Positions 30,349-38,745 of a stretch of DNA of 64,000 nucleotides are shown here, piece after piece. Under the pieces are notes generated by a model. That model saw only the letters and a list, made by a program, of their open reading frames with translations. It had not been told where the DNA came from and searched no databases. This DNA is from Candidatus Hadarchaeota archaeon (GTDB lineage Archaea; CAYQAE01; CAYVLA01), in contig CAZUNO010000003.1 in assembly GCA_964621445.1 (NCBI GenBank), positions 32,001-96,000 of the forward strand, given 5' to 3'. Made by a program: the position numbers and the translations under genes. Position 1 is the first letter of the stretch, and each line of letters opens with the position of its first letter.

Positions 30349-30863
30349 TCCACTTCCTCCTGGTCTATTATGGTGCTGGCCTCATCGGCAAGAAGCCTCT
30401 GTATCTCAGCCATCTTGTTATCGGGTATCTTTACGGGTATCTCCAAGAGCTCCGTGGGGTCCTTGGTCAGGTCGGATAGGTCCCTTGGATTGGCCACCTC
30501 TCTGGGGTGGATGGTGGCCGGGAGCCCAAATAAGGCGGTTACCGGACAGTTGTCGTGGCACTGGAAACAGTAGATGCACCTCATGGTATCGATCCTTGGT
30601 ATGCTCTTCTTAACGTAACCGGGAAGTATCTCAACCGGTTCATCTATGGGAACCATCTCAATGCAGTCCATGGGGCACACATTGGCACAAGCACCACATC
30701 CCAGACAACCGTCAACGTTCTCCAGCTGATTAGGTTTAACCGAGCCCGTTAGTATCTCCTTTCTAAGATCCATGCTGGTGGCTCGATCATACCCGAATAA
30801 TAACCTGGAAAGATTCGTGTAGATCCCCTTGAGGAACACCCTGAGGAAACTGGATAATGACAT
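30345..30863 (-). CDS. ehbL: 2x[4Fe-4S] subunit (NuoI-like)
   Basis: [12 protein letters not shown] and [12 protein letters not shown]; ATIHPR. Confidence 0.82.
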   Translation of the reverse strand: MSLSSFLRVFLKGIYTNLSRLLFGYDRATSMDLRKEILTGSVKPNQLENVDGCLGCGACANVCPMDCIEMVPIDEPVEILPGYVKKSIPRIDTMRCIYCFQCHDNCPVTALFGLPATIHPREVANPRDLSDLTKDPTELLEIPVKIPDNKMAEIQRLLADEASTIIDQEEVE

Positions 30864-30871
30864 GCCTCGCA

Positions 30872-32248
30872 TCACCTCTCTCCAAGTTCAACTCCGTTAT
30901 CGAATTTTCTCCATACCCTTATGGCATTCACCGGACATATATGGCCGCAGGCTCCGCAATGCACGCACTTCTCGGGGTCGACGTTAATATCTTCGTCTAT
31001 GGCGTCATGGGGACAGTTCTGGACACAGAGCATACATTGCACGCATAGATCCTTGTCAACCTTGGTCTCTCCCTCCACAACCTCCTTCTTCGGCAGGTTG
31101 GTGAGAATTGGTATGGCATCGTACGGACAATAGGATGCACATGTCTCGCAGAGTATGCATTTATCGAGATCGACCTTTACATTCTCGCCGGGCGATAGGG
31201 TAATGGCCCCGGTGGGACATACCTGAGAACAGGTACCGCACCTGGTACAGGCGTCAGTAACCGACCCATCCCATTTCACCCTGGCAAAGGATATGGCGTC
31301 CTCCGGGCATTCCTTGATACATTTCCCACATAATATGCAGGTGCCCTTGTAGATGCCGTTCTCCTCATGTCTAATATCCATGGGGCAGACATCGATACAC
31401 CTGCCACACTTTACGCAGACGCTGGGATCATTGAGGTACTTGCCCCTCTCCTCATAGATGGCCCTGGTAGGACAGCTCAATTCGCAGATGCCGCAGTTCG
31501 CACACCAGGTTATGGTTCCCTGTATCTCCTCGTCCTGAGGCGGCCTAATCTTTACTTCCCCATCCTCCACATAGATGGCTCCCTGCGGGCACTCGGGGAT
31601 GCACTTTAGGCAGTTGGTACATCTTCTGAGCATCTCGTAGTTATCCAGGTCGATGGCGTTGAAGGGGCATACATCCACACATCGGCCACATCTTGTGCAA
31701 CCCTCGGTCTCTATATCAAGGCTTATGGCCGAGGCAGGGCATATGATCTCGCAGCGGCCGCACTTAACGCACTTCTCCTCGTCAATGGTGATGCTTCTCT
31801 TCTTGATCTCGCCTTTGGGCTCCTCTTCCTTACGGAGGTCCTCCTTGATCTCCTCGGCCGTCTTCTCAATATAGGCCAGGTCCATCAGCTTGTCCACGAG
31901 TTCCTCCTTTCTGTATTTCAGGAACCCTCCACCATCGACCCTGGCATTTACTGGACAGACATCCACGCACTTACCACATCTGCTGCAGATGCCGATTGGA
32001 TAGGGATCCATCCTGATTATATTCATTGGGCACACTGCTTTGCAGAGGCCACACTGGGTACACTTCTCCTTATCGACCACGAACCCGCCGTACTTGTTCA
32101 TGGTTATTGCTTTGGTGGGACAGATATCTGCACACATTCCACAGGTAATGCAGCTCACAACCCTCCCACCTACCTCCATTATGGCCTGGGTTGGGCATTC
32201 TCGTATGCAGGCACCGCAGTTAGTGCAATCGGAGGTGGTCACGAACAT
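30872..32248 (-). CDS. ehbK: Polyferredoxin with 14 CxxCxxCxxxCP motifs
   Basis: 14 ferredoxin motifs counted in the translation; operon position. Confidence 0.85.
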   Translation of the reverse strand: MFVTTSDCTNCGACIRECPTQAIMEVGGRVVSCITCGMCADICPTKAITMNKYGGFVVDKEKCTQCGLCKAVCPMNIIRMDPYPIGICSRCGKCVDVCPVNARVDGGGFLKYRKEELVDKLMDLAYIEKTAEEIKEDLRKEEEPKGEIKKRSITIDEEKCVKCGRCEIICPASAISLDIETEGCTRCGRCVDVCPFNAIDLDNYEMLRRCTNCLKCIPECPQGAIYVEDGEVKIRPPQDEEIQGTITWCANCGICELSCPTRAIYEERGKYLNDPSVCVKCGRCIDVCPMDIRHEENGIYKGTCILCGKCIKECPEDAISFARVKWDGSVTDACTRCGTCSQVCPTGAITLSPGENVKVDLDKCILCETCASYCPYDAIPILTNLPKKEVVEGETKVDKDLCVQCMLCVQNCPHDAIDEDINVDPEKCVHCGACGHICPVNAIRVWRKFDNGVELGER

Positions 32249-32553
32249 CAGTTACCACTCCCCGCTGCTTTGCCTCTCCTTCCAAGGATCTCTCTGCCGG
32301 CGACAAGACCCAGGATGGAGAATAGAAAGGCACCGGAAAGACCGGGCCACAAGGACGTAGAATCCAAAACGACCGTGTCCAGGCGGTAGAAGTGGAAGTC
32401 ATATGCTCCATAAAGAAACACGGCCGCTAGAATGCCGAATAAGTAACCTACCCGAACCCTTCCCTCAGAGGTTGTGGAACGGAGCCGGGATCCCAGTAGA
32501 GCCCCGAAAATGAAGGCCAGGACTATCTCACCCACGGGGACAAGGATATTCAA
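32248..32553 (-). CDS. ehbJ: Ehb membrane subunit J-like
   Basis: Three TM helices, FIFGALLG; position between the I and K subunits. Confidence 0.55.
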   Translation of the reverse strand: MNILVPVGEIVLAFIFGALLGSRLRSTTSEGRVRVGYLFGILAAVFLYGAYDFHFYRLDTVVLDSTSLWPGLSGAFLFSILGLVAGREILGRRGKAAGSGN

Positions 32554-33392
32554 CTCTTCTTCGCCTCCGTGAGAACTAGAATCAGGGTGGAAAGCCCACC
32601 CAGAACCTTCAGTAATATTGCAATATTGAGAAAAGGAATAAGGCCAGGGCCTTCGTAGGGCCGATTCGGGGCATCAGGATAGTTCAACTCCGCGTTCACG
32701 CCGGTATCGGCGGGTGAGTGGTAGCTCTCTACGATGCTATCCTCGATGACATCGGTATAGCCAAGATTGGATCCCGTATTGTATAGGAAAAATCCGGTGG
32801 TCAGGACTCCTACCAGGCCCAGTGTAAGGAAGGTCAAAGCACCTATGGTTTCCAGGGAGGAGAGAGCCCCGTGCTTTAGATCTATCGGATTGCGCTTCAG
32901 TCCATAGGCCACGACCCCTAGAAGATAGGCCGAGGCCACTATTGACCCGCCCTGGAAGCCTCCTCCCGGCGTGATGTGGCCTCCCAGGGTAATCACTATG
33001 CCGTAGGCAGCGATAACCACTATGAGGGGGTAACTAAATATTTTGATTATCACCGAATCGTGAGCTTCGGAGAGTCCCTGCCCGTGCTCCTCGGCCTTTT
33101 CCTTGGCCTTTTGCAGGGCACCCCTTCCAAAGAGCATGGAGGTCACAACCACCCCGGTGACCAGGACAAGCGCCTCTCCAAGGGTGTCAAAGCCTCTCCA
33201 GTCAAATAACACAACCGTGACCTGGTTTGGGGCAATATAGACACCAAGGTAGTTATACATCCGGGAAACGTACATCCTGAGCCCTGTATCCGAGGACACC
33301 TCGGCCAGCCTCAGCGTCTCTCGGAATAGAAGACCGCCGAAACCGGCCACCAGTATCATGATAATTAGGGATCTAGCAATGCCCCGTTTCAT
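32550..33392 (-). CDS. Fused EhbH-EhbI (MnhB-like) subunit
   Basis: N-part APNQVTVVLFDWRGFDTLGEALVL (EhbH-like); C-part GGHITPGGGFQGG (MnhB/EhbI). Confidence 0.78.
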   Translation of the reverse strand: MKRGIARSLIIMILVAGFGGLLFRETLRLAEVSSDTGLRMYVSRMYNYLGVYIAPNQVTVVLFDWRGFDTLGEALVLVTGVVVTSMLFGRGALQKAKEKAEEHGQGLSEAHDSVIIKIFSYPLIVVIAAYGIVITLGGHITPGGGFQGGSIVASAYLLGVVAYGLKRNPIDLKHGALSSLETIGALTFLTLGLVGVLTTGFFLYNTGSNLGYTDVIEDSIVESYHSPADTGVNAELNYPDAPNRPYEGPGLIPFLNIAILLKVLGGLSTLILVLTEAKKS

Positions 33393-33727
33393 CCCGACCA
33401 CGACCACGCTATCAGAACGGTAACTGCAAACAGCACTACCATGACATAGAAGGCCATCGAATCAAAATCACCGCTGGACTCCACCCTCAGTCTGATTCCT
33501 GCCGGGAGATTATTTACCAATAGAAGAACCAGGACGGCCATTCCCAGCAAGGCCGCAGCCAGGCCAAAATTGAAAATCGAAAATAGGCTGATGACCAATA
33601 GAATGATGGGGATCTCCACACCTATGAAGGAGCCAACCACGAAGCTCTTATCCTCTGCCTCCTCTCCCTCCTTAGATTCCAGCGAGGAACTCAAGATGTG
33701 ATCAAAGATCTCAGAAATTCTCGTCAA
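33389..33727 (-). CDS. ehbG: Ehb membrane subunit G-like
   Basis: Three TM helices, TTG start with GGAGG RBS, operon position. Confidence 0.5.
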   Translation of the reverse strand: MTRISEIFDHILSSSLESKEGEEAEDKSFVVGSFIGVEIPIILLVISLFSIFNFGLAAALLGMAVLVLLLVNNLPAGIRLRVESSGDFDSMAFYVMVVLFAVTVLIAWSWSG

Positions 33728-33730
33728 TGT

Positions 33731-35272
33731 TTAACCTCCAAAAAGGGCCGTCAAGCCCGCAATGATGGGATTAATTGCCACATCGGGCATCAAGCCGAAG
33801 AAAATCTCAAGTACCACCGGCACGGTCAGAGCCAACATCATGGCAAATGGAATTTCAAGCGGCTTGGACTCGGTTCCATCATCTGCCGGTCTCAGGAATA
33901 TGAGAACAAACGCCTTGGCAACGGCATAGAAGACCATGACCGTGCTAACCACCATGAGTAGACCCACGGTAAGGAAGCCGTTCTGGAAGGCGAATTGAAT
34001 TAACCTCCACTCGCTCTGGAAGCAGTTCAGGGGAGGAAGGCCGGCCACGGCAAGCATCGAAATCAGGGTGAGTACCGCAAATTCACCGTTTCTCCTGGCA
34101 AGTCCCTTGAGCTTGGTCATATTGGTGTGACCATATTCATGCAATATTACAGCCGCGCTTATGAACAGGGCAGAGGTCACGATAATCTCGTTAAATCCGT
34201 GGAATATTCCGTAGGCCATTCCTTCGTGTCCCCAGGCATAGACCGGCCCCTGGTTACCGTAGCTGGGCATTCTTCTGAAGAATGATAATCCAATGGCCAC
34301 CAGACCAGCCTGGTTAATGGCCACGTAAGCTATCAGACGCCTGTAGTCATTTTGCAGCATGGCCAACACCGCCCCGATCATCATGGCCACGGTGCCTATG
34401 AGCATCATCGCCTCCCAGGTCGCATCCTGCCAGAAGAACAGCCGAGCTATTAGGACGCCCACGGCAATCAGAAGCACCTTGGATATGGCCTGCAACACCG
34501 CACCGGCCTCCGGTGACGCCCGGGAATAGAGCTCCGATTTTATGGTATGGAAGGGGGGCAGGCCTCCGCCGTATGTCCAGGCAAATATCAGCAGTGCCAG
34601 ACCCATGAAGATCATTGGGGCATCGCGCTGGGTTGCACCGCTGGCGAAGAACTCGAACATATCTGAGACGTTCAATACCCCCGTGGAACCCAGTAGAAAT
34701 CCGACTCCCAGAAGCAACATGGCCCCGGCCACCGATCCCAGAAGCATGTACTTGAGCGAGGTTCTAAAGGCGTCGCCCTTGTTCAACCAGGCCACTATTC
34801 CCGCTTGAGCTACCGTGCAAATCTCGAAGAACACGAACATATTGAAAACATCGTCCACCAGGGCCACGGCACAGGCCGTCGATATGGCCATGAGTATTAG
34901 GAAAATGTAGACCCCGGAGACCTTCTCGTGCATCACCAGGCATACGGAAACGGCCAAGGCAGACATAACCGCAAAGCCCAGGAGGAGAACCATCTGAACC
35001 TGGGTATACTGGTAGGCTATACCCAGGTTGAAGGCCATATTGACCCCCTCGTCAAGGAAATACTCCACCTCGGGATGGGCACCGAAAACGTAATAGCTAT
35101 CTTCGTAGGATGTAAAGAAGGGTAGACAAACCAGGGCTATCATCCCTATGGATGCCAGGGCCTTGACGGCCTTGCTTCTCTTGTACAGGAAGTTTGATAC
35201 CACGGCAACTATTATGGGAATGACCACGAAGAGGGGTATGGTCTCCTGAAGGCCGAAGATGGGGCTAATCAT
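33731..35272 (-). CDS. ehbF: Antiporter-like subunit (MnhD/NuoN-like)
   Basis: DDVFNMFVFFEI, GLPPFH, AGLPPLN; about 14 TM helices. Confidence 0.85.
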   Translation of the reverse strand: MISPIFGLQETIPLFVVIPIIVAVVSNFLYKRSKAVKALASIGMIALVCLPFFTSYEDSYYVFGAHPEVEYFLDEGVNMAFNLGIAYQYTQVQMVLLLGFAVMSALAVSVCLVMHEKVSGVYIFLILMAISTACAVALVDDVFNMFVFFEICTVAQAGIVAWLNKGDAFRTSLKYMLLGSVAGAMLLLGVGFLLGSTGVLNVSDMFEFFASGATQRDAPMIFMGLALLIFAWTYGGGLPPFHTIKSELYSRASPEAGAVLQAISKVLLIAVGVLIARLFFWQDATWEAMMLIGTVAMMIGAVLAMLQNDYRRLIAYVAINQAGLVAIGLSFFRRMPSYGNQGPVYAWGHEGMAYGIFHGFNEIIVTSALFISAAVILHEYGHTNMTKLKGLARRNGEFAVLTLISMLAVAGLPPLNCFQSEWRLIQFAFQNGFLTVGLLMVVSTVMVFYAVAKAFVLIFLRPADDGTESKPLEIPFAMMLALTVPVVLEIFFGLMPDVAINPIIAGLTALFGG

Positions 35273-35684
35273 TGTTCTCCTCCCCTAATACTTCGGAGGC
35301 ATTCAGGCTCTCCTTCTGCTGGTACATCTTGATGGTCAGGCCCAGTACCACGGCCATGGTTGCGGCGCCGATGACTATGTTGGTTAGAACCAGGGCGTAT
35401 GGAAGACAGAAGCCGGCCTCGGTCGCAAACTCGGCGGTAGCTACCCCCATTGAGGAATTCATGGATTCGTAGAACTCCTCGGTGAAGATGGGAACGATTC
35501 CTCCGTCTGGGGCCTGAAGAGGATAACCCAAGGCTACCAGGAAAAGGTTCACACCATCGGTCAGGAACATCATTCCCAGGATCTTCTTGATCAGGTTGTC
35601 CAGGAACAGGACGGCCACTAGGCCGATGAGTACCAGGCTAACGGAGCCCAGAAGAGATGCCGTCTGGATATTAATGAGGGTCAT
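35265..35684 (-). CDS. ehbE: MnhC-like subunit
   Basis: NLIKKILG...GVNLFLVALGY; PYALVLTNIVIG. Confidence 0.82.
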   Translation of the reverse strand: MTLINIQTASLLGSVSLVLIGLVAVLFLDNLIKKILGMMFLTDGVNLFLVALGYPLQAPDGGIVPIFTEEFYESMNSSMGVATAEFATEAGFCLPYALVLTNIVIGAATMAVVLGLTIKMYQQKESLNASEVLGEENND

Positions 35685-35938
35685 TCCTCCCACCTCGTGG
35701 TCTTGTAAACTGCTATGAACATCAGGGCTGGTAGGAGAGCCGAAGCCAGGATGGCTTGGGTTATGGCGACATCGGGAGTAAGCAGCCTCATGAATAGAAT
35801 GGAAAGTGATAGACCCTCGATACCCCCACCGACTATAACCGCCTTGTAAAGGTCACGCGGCAATAAGGACAGAATGGCTATTATCACCGATGCCAAGATA
35901 AGTGCATATACCGGAAGGTCGGCCAGCACTGCCGTCAT
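35681..35938 (-). CDS. ehbD: DUF4040-like subunit
   Basis: RDLYKAVI, PDVAITQAI. Confidence 0.75.
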   Translation of the reverse strand: MTAVLADLPVYALILASVIIAILSLLPRDLYKAVIVGGGIEGLSLSILFMRLLTPDVAITQAILASALLPALMFIAVYKTTRWEE

Positions 35939-36225
35939 TCAGCCCTCTCCTCCTCCACCATGAAGTGGCGTGCATTGGCAATGGTATGCCCAGCAACCGG
36001 CATCAGAATAAAGTAGGTGAGAGCCACCAGAGGGTAACCCAGAACCAGGAGGATAGCCATGCAGGTGACATCCACCACACCCACGATGTGGATCCTGCCG
36101 TAAAGGATATTGTTAACGTTATCTTTGAACCGCCAGAGGCCTATGCATGCGAAAAAAATGAGCACCGAAGCCACTATCAGCACAAGGCCCTGAAGGAGTT
36201 CCATGAGGCCCTCAAGACCAATCAT
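35935..36225 (-). CDS. ehbC: MnhG-like subunit
   Basis: IGLWRFKD...YGRIHIVGVVD, HTIANA. Confidence 0.78.
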   Translation of the reverse strand: MIGLEGLMELLQGLVLIVASVLIFFACIGLWRFKDNVNNILYGRIHIVGVVDVTCMAILLVLGYPLVALTYFILMPVAGHTIANARHFMVEEERAE

Positions 36226-36524
36226 CGGAAGGTTCCCTCCCTGAGAACCCTGGAGAACATCAGTATTCCAATGGCCCCAAAGACGATGAGGACGAAGGTT
36301 ATCTCCCTAGCGTAGGCAATTCCGAATTCCCTTGCTAGGAGAATTAGCGCCGTTCCCAGGGAGATGGTGGCCACGTTGGCCCCCACTAGGGATGTCGTGG
36401 ATCCTTTCCTCGCTACCAACCGGGCGCCGGTAAGAAAAGAGATCGAAAGGGCAACGAATAGAAAGTATGTGCCCAAATCAAGCACCAGGGGCCCCAGATC
36501 TCCATAGGCAATCAAAACAGTCAC
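36222..36524 (-). CDS. ehbB: MnhF-like subunit
   Basis: Three TM helices, AREI....IVFGAIG...FSRVL. Confidence 0.68.
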   Translation of the reverse strand: MTVLIAYGDLGPLVLDLGTYFLFVALSISFLTGARLVARKGSTTSLVGANVATISLGTALILLAREFGIAYAREITFVLIVFGAIGILMFSRVLREGTFR

Positions 36525-36832
36525 TCCAGCATTCCTTTGATGAATCTCTCAAACGGTATGATTTCCTCAACCGGCCTGGGGGTTATGACTGCCACTAGCA
36601 ATTTCTTCTCAGGGTTATCGATATCGATAGTTAGCGTTCCAGGAGTTAGGGTTATGCTGTTGGCCAACACAGTCTGGCTTACTTCCTTGCTCAGCACGGT
36701 GTCTATCTCCATAACCGTGGGATTTACGTCACCGGTAAGACACAACCAAGCCGTCTTGACGGCAGCGAGGGCCATGTTCCAAGCCAAATCAACTAGATAC
36801 GCTATAGCGTAGACGATCCGTAAAGGTAACAT
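36521..36832 (-). CDS. ehbA: MnhE-like subunit
   Basis: LANSITLTPGTLTIDID; TTTATTA box at about 36877-36883. Confidence 0.82.
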   Translation of the reverse strand: MLPLRIVYAIAYLVDLAWNMALAAVKTAWLCLTGDVNPTVMEIDTVLSKEVSQTVLANSITLTPGTLTIDIDNPEKKLLVAVITPRPVEEIIPFERFIKGMLE

Positions 36833-36994
36833 GGGTTGACCCTCGGTCTTATGTGAGATCGAGGCCCGAAATCCGCTAATAAATCTTTCACGGGGTAACA
36901 AAGTGTCCACCTAGGCGTGTCATTCGAGCCGTAACCGGAAAGAATTATCAGAATACGTTCCTCTTGAACCCTAATCTCGATTTTCTATATTATC

Positions 36995-37804
36995 TTGGAC
37001 GGAGGCAGAATCTTGGATTTGGATAAACTCTTGCAGGAATACAAGCGAGGCATGATCTCGGAAAAGGAGCTCCTTGCCAAACTTAAGATGGACCATTTGC
37101 AGACCATGGAGGACAGGTTCAGATACGATATATCCAGGGAGGCAAGGACCGGTTTTCCTGAAGCGGTTTTAGCTATCAGGAAGAGTGCTGAGGACATAGC
37201 AAAGATCGTTAAAAGCGTGGTACCGGTGAAGGGATCTGTACTGGTTACCAAGCTGGATGAAGAGAAGATGGAGAAGGTTAGATCCATGCTCGAGGAGGAA
37301 TGCTCAAGTGACGATCTACAAATCGAATATCACCGGGACCCGGAGTTGCTACTTGTAAGGGGTTCCAATTATGATCCTCCCCAAAAGATTGGCTGTTCGG
37401 TTGGGATAATAGCCGCTGGCACCTCCGATATTCCAATAGCAGAGGAGGCCAGGCTGATTCTGGATGAATCTGGCATAGAGACACTAAAGGCATATGATGT
37501 CGGGGTTGCCGGTCTTCACAGGATATTTCCTCCGGTAAGAAGGATGCTGGACGAAGGAGTAGATGTACTAATAGTTGTAGCGGGAATGGAAGGTGCACTT
37601 CCCTCGGTGGTAAAGGGGCTGGTCGACCTGCCGGTTATCGGCGTTCCCTCCTCAGTTGGATATGGTTATGAGGCAGGAAGATCAGCTTTGATAGCCATGC
37701 TCAACTCCTGTGTACCTGGAATAACGGTCACAAATATAGATAACGGCTTCGGAGCCGCAGCCGCGGCCCACAGCATCTGCAGAAGGATATCCGTCCATAA
37801 ATGA
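36995..37804 (+). CDS. larB: Nickel-pincer cofactor biosynthesis protein LarB (AIR carboxylase-like)
   Basis: R..RTGFPE, AAGTSDIPIAEEA, DVGVAGLHR, AGMEGALPS, NIDNGFGA. Confidence 0.9.
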   Translation: MDGGRILDLDKLLQEYKRGMISEKELLAKLKMDHLQTMEDRFRYDISREARTGFPEAVLAIRKSAEDIAKIVKSVVPVKGSVLVTKLDEEKMEKVRSMLEEECSSDDLQIEYHRDPELLLVRGSNYDPPQKIGCSVGIIAAGTSDIPIAEEARLILDESGIETLKAYDVGVAGLHRIFPPVRRMLDEGVDVLIVVAGMEGALPSVVKGLVDLPVIGVPSSVGYGYEAGRSALIAMLNSCVPGITVTNIDNGFGAAAAAHSICRRISVHK

Positions 37805-37860
37805 TGTGAACACCAACATCCCGCACCATTAATTAGCCCCGGATATTCCGCCCCTCTAAC

Positions 37861-38439
37861 TTGCTTAGCAGATACAGAGATACCATAAACGCCTTTTTCG
37901 AAAAGATCGCCGCACATTTCAAATTTCTTCCACCGAATGCAATAACCGTTTCCAGCCTCCTTTTCTCCTTCGTACCCGCCTATCTCTTCTATCTGGGAAT
38001 GGTCCAGATTGGCTCCATCCTTGTTCTTCTATCCGGAGGATTCGATGTCATGGATGGTGCAGTAGCCCGTTTGACCGACAGGGTAACGTTATTTGGGGGA
38101 TTCCTGGATTCCACATTCGATCGTATGGCGGACTTCATAATCCTGGGCGGAATAGCTTTATCGGGAATCGTGGGCTGGGAATTGGTATTATTCACCGCCT
38201 TCGGCTCTTTCATGGTCCCCTATTGCCGTGCCAGGGGCGAAGCGGCTGGATGTGATAAGATGGCGGTTGGAATTGCCGAAAGAGCGGAACGCCAATTGGT
38301 CCTGGTCGCCGGGGGGCTGATTCACCCGCTAGTTGAAGAGGTGAATATCCTCCAGATATCAGTGGCAATACTGGGCATCCTAGCGTGGATAACCGTTTTC
38401 CAGAGGATAATCGCGGCCAAGAGATGTCTAGAGAAATGA
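37861..38439 (+). CDS. CDP-alcohol phosphatidyltransferase (archaetidylinositol-phosphate synthase-like)
   Basis: PNAIT, DVMDGAVAR..., GGFLDSTFDR, YCRARGE, GIAERAER. Confidence 0.88.
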   Translation: MLSRYRDTINAFFEKIAAHFKFLPPNAITVSSLLFSFVPAYLFYLGMVQIGSILVLLSGGFDVMDGAVARLTDRVTLFGGFLDSTFDRMADFIILGGIALSGIVGWELVLFTAFGSFMVPYCRARGEAAGCDKMAVGIAERAERQLVLVAGGLIHPLVEEVNILQISVAILGILAWITVFQRIIAAKRCLEK

Positions 38440-38455
38440 GGAGGCGAGTTTAGAC

Positions 38456-38604
38456 GAACCGGCAGCGACTCTTGCTTCCCAAAGGGTCTCCCACTTCAGT
38501 ACAACAAGCGACGCTGGCCTGCTTAACTTCCGGGTTCGGATTTCTCCTTCCTTAAATCAGAAGTATGAGACCGGGTGTTGCCAGGCCGCTATGGCCGCCG
38601 GCTC
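38456..38604 (-). rRNA. rrf: 5S rRNA, stand-alone, containing a 24-nt insertion
   Basis: Minus strand GGCGGCCATAGCGGCCTGGCAACACCCGGTCTCAT-[24 nt]-TCCGAACCCGGAAGTTAAGCAGGCCAGCGT...GTACTG...GGGAGACC...GGGAA...TCGCTGCC. Helices I (GAGCCGGCGGC/GCUGCCGGUUC) and II (GGCCUG/CAGGCC) pair. Confidence 0.95.
38541..38564 (-). other. Predicted BHB intron in 5S rRNA loop C
   Basis: Insertion ACUUCUGAUUUAAGGAAGGAGAAA. Central helix UCUC/GAGA, 3-nt bulges AUA and AAU, inner helix CUUCU/GGAAG, outer helix CGG/CCG. Confidence 0.85.
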
Positions 38605-38638
38605 GGTGTCCCTCGCCCCTTCATCTATTTAAGCTAGC

Positions 38639-38646
38639 ATTAAAAA
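38639..38646 (-). promoter_or_regulatory. TATA box of the 5S rRNA gene
   Basis: TTTTTAAT on the minus strand, 19-26 nt upstream of the start of the precursor stem at 38620. Confidence 0.6.
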
Positions 38647-38745
38647 TGTAATTCCAATTCGCATAGATTCGGGGTTATTGATATATCAGTCCTTAGGAAA
38701 AATGAGTAAGACAGATAAATAGAGGTACAAATCACGCGAAACAAG

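Larger units (their letters stand above)
38441..38620 (-). other. Precursor stem with BHB motif enclosing the 5S rRNA
   Basis: GGGGCGAG/CUCGCCUC outer helix, GGAC/GUCU central helix, bulges ACC and AAA, continuing into helix I. Confidence 0.85.

Noticed and set aside
30872-32248. Periodic cysteine-codon pattern resembling a DNA repeat array
   Set aside because: Explained by the 14 ferredoxin motifs of the polyferredoxin; no identical direct repeats with spacers, so not CRISPR.
38456-38604. 5S gene as a pseudogene or the insert as a retained expansion segment
   Set aside because: All helices pair, a promoter is present, and BHB cut sites coincide exactly with the insert ends. Disfavoured, but not excluded without RNA data.
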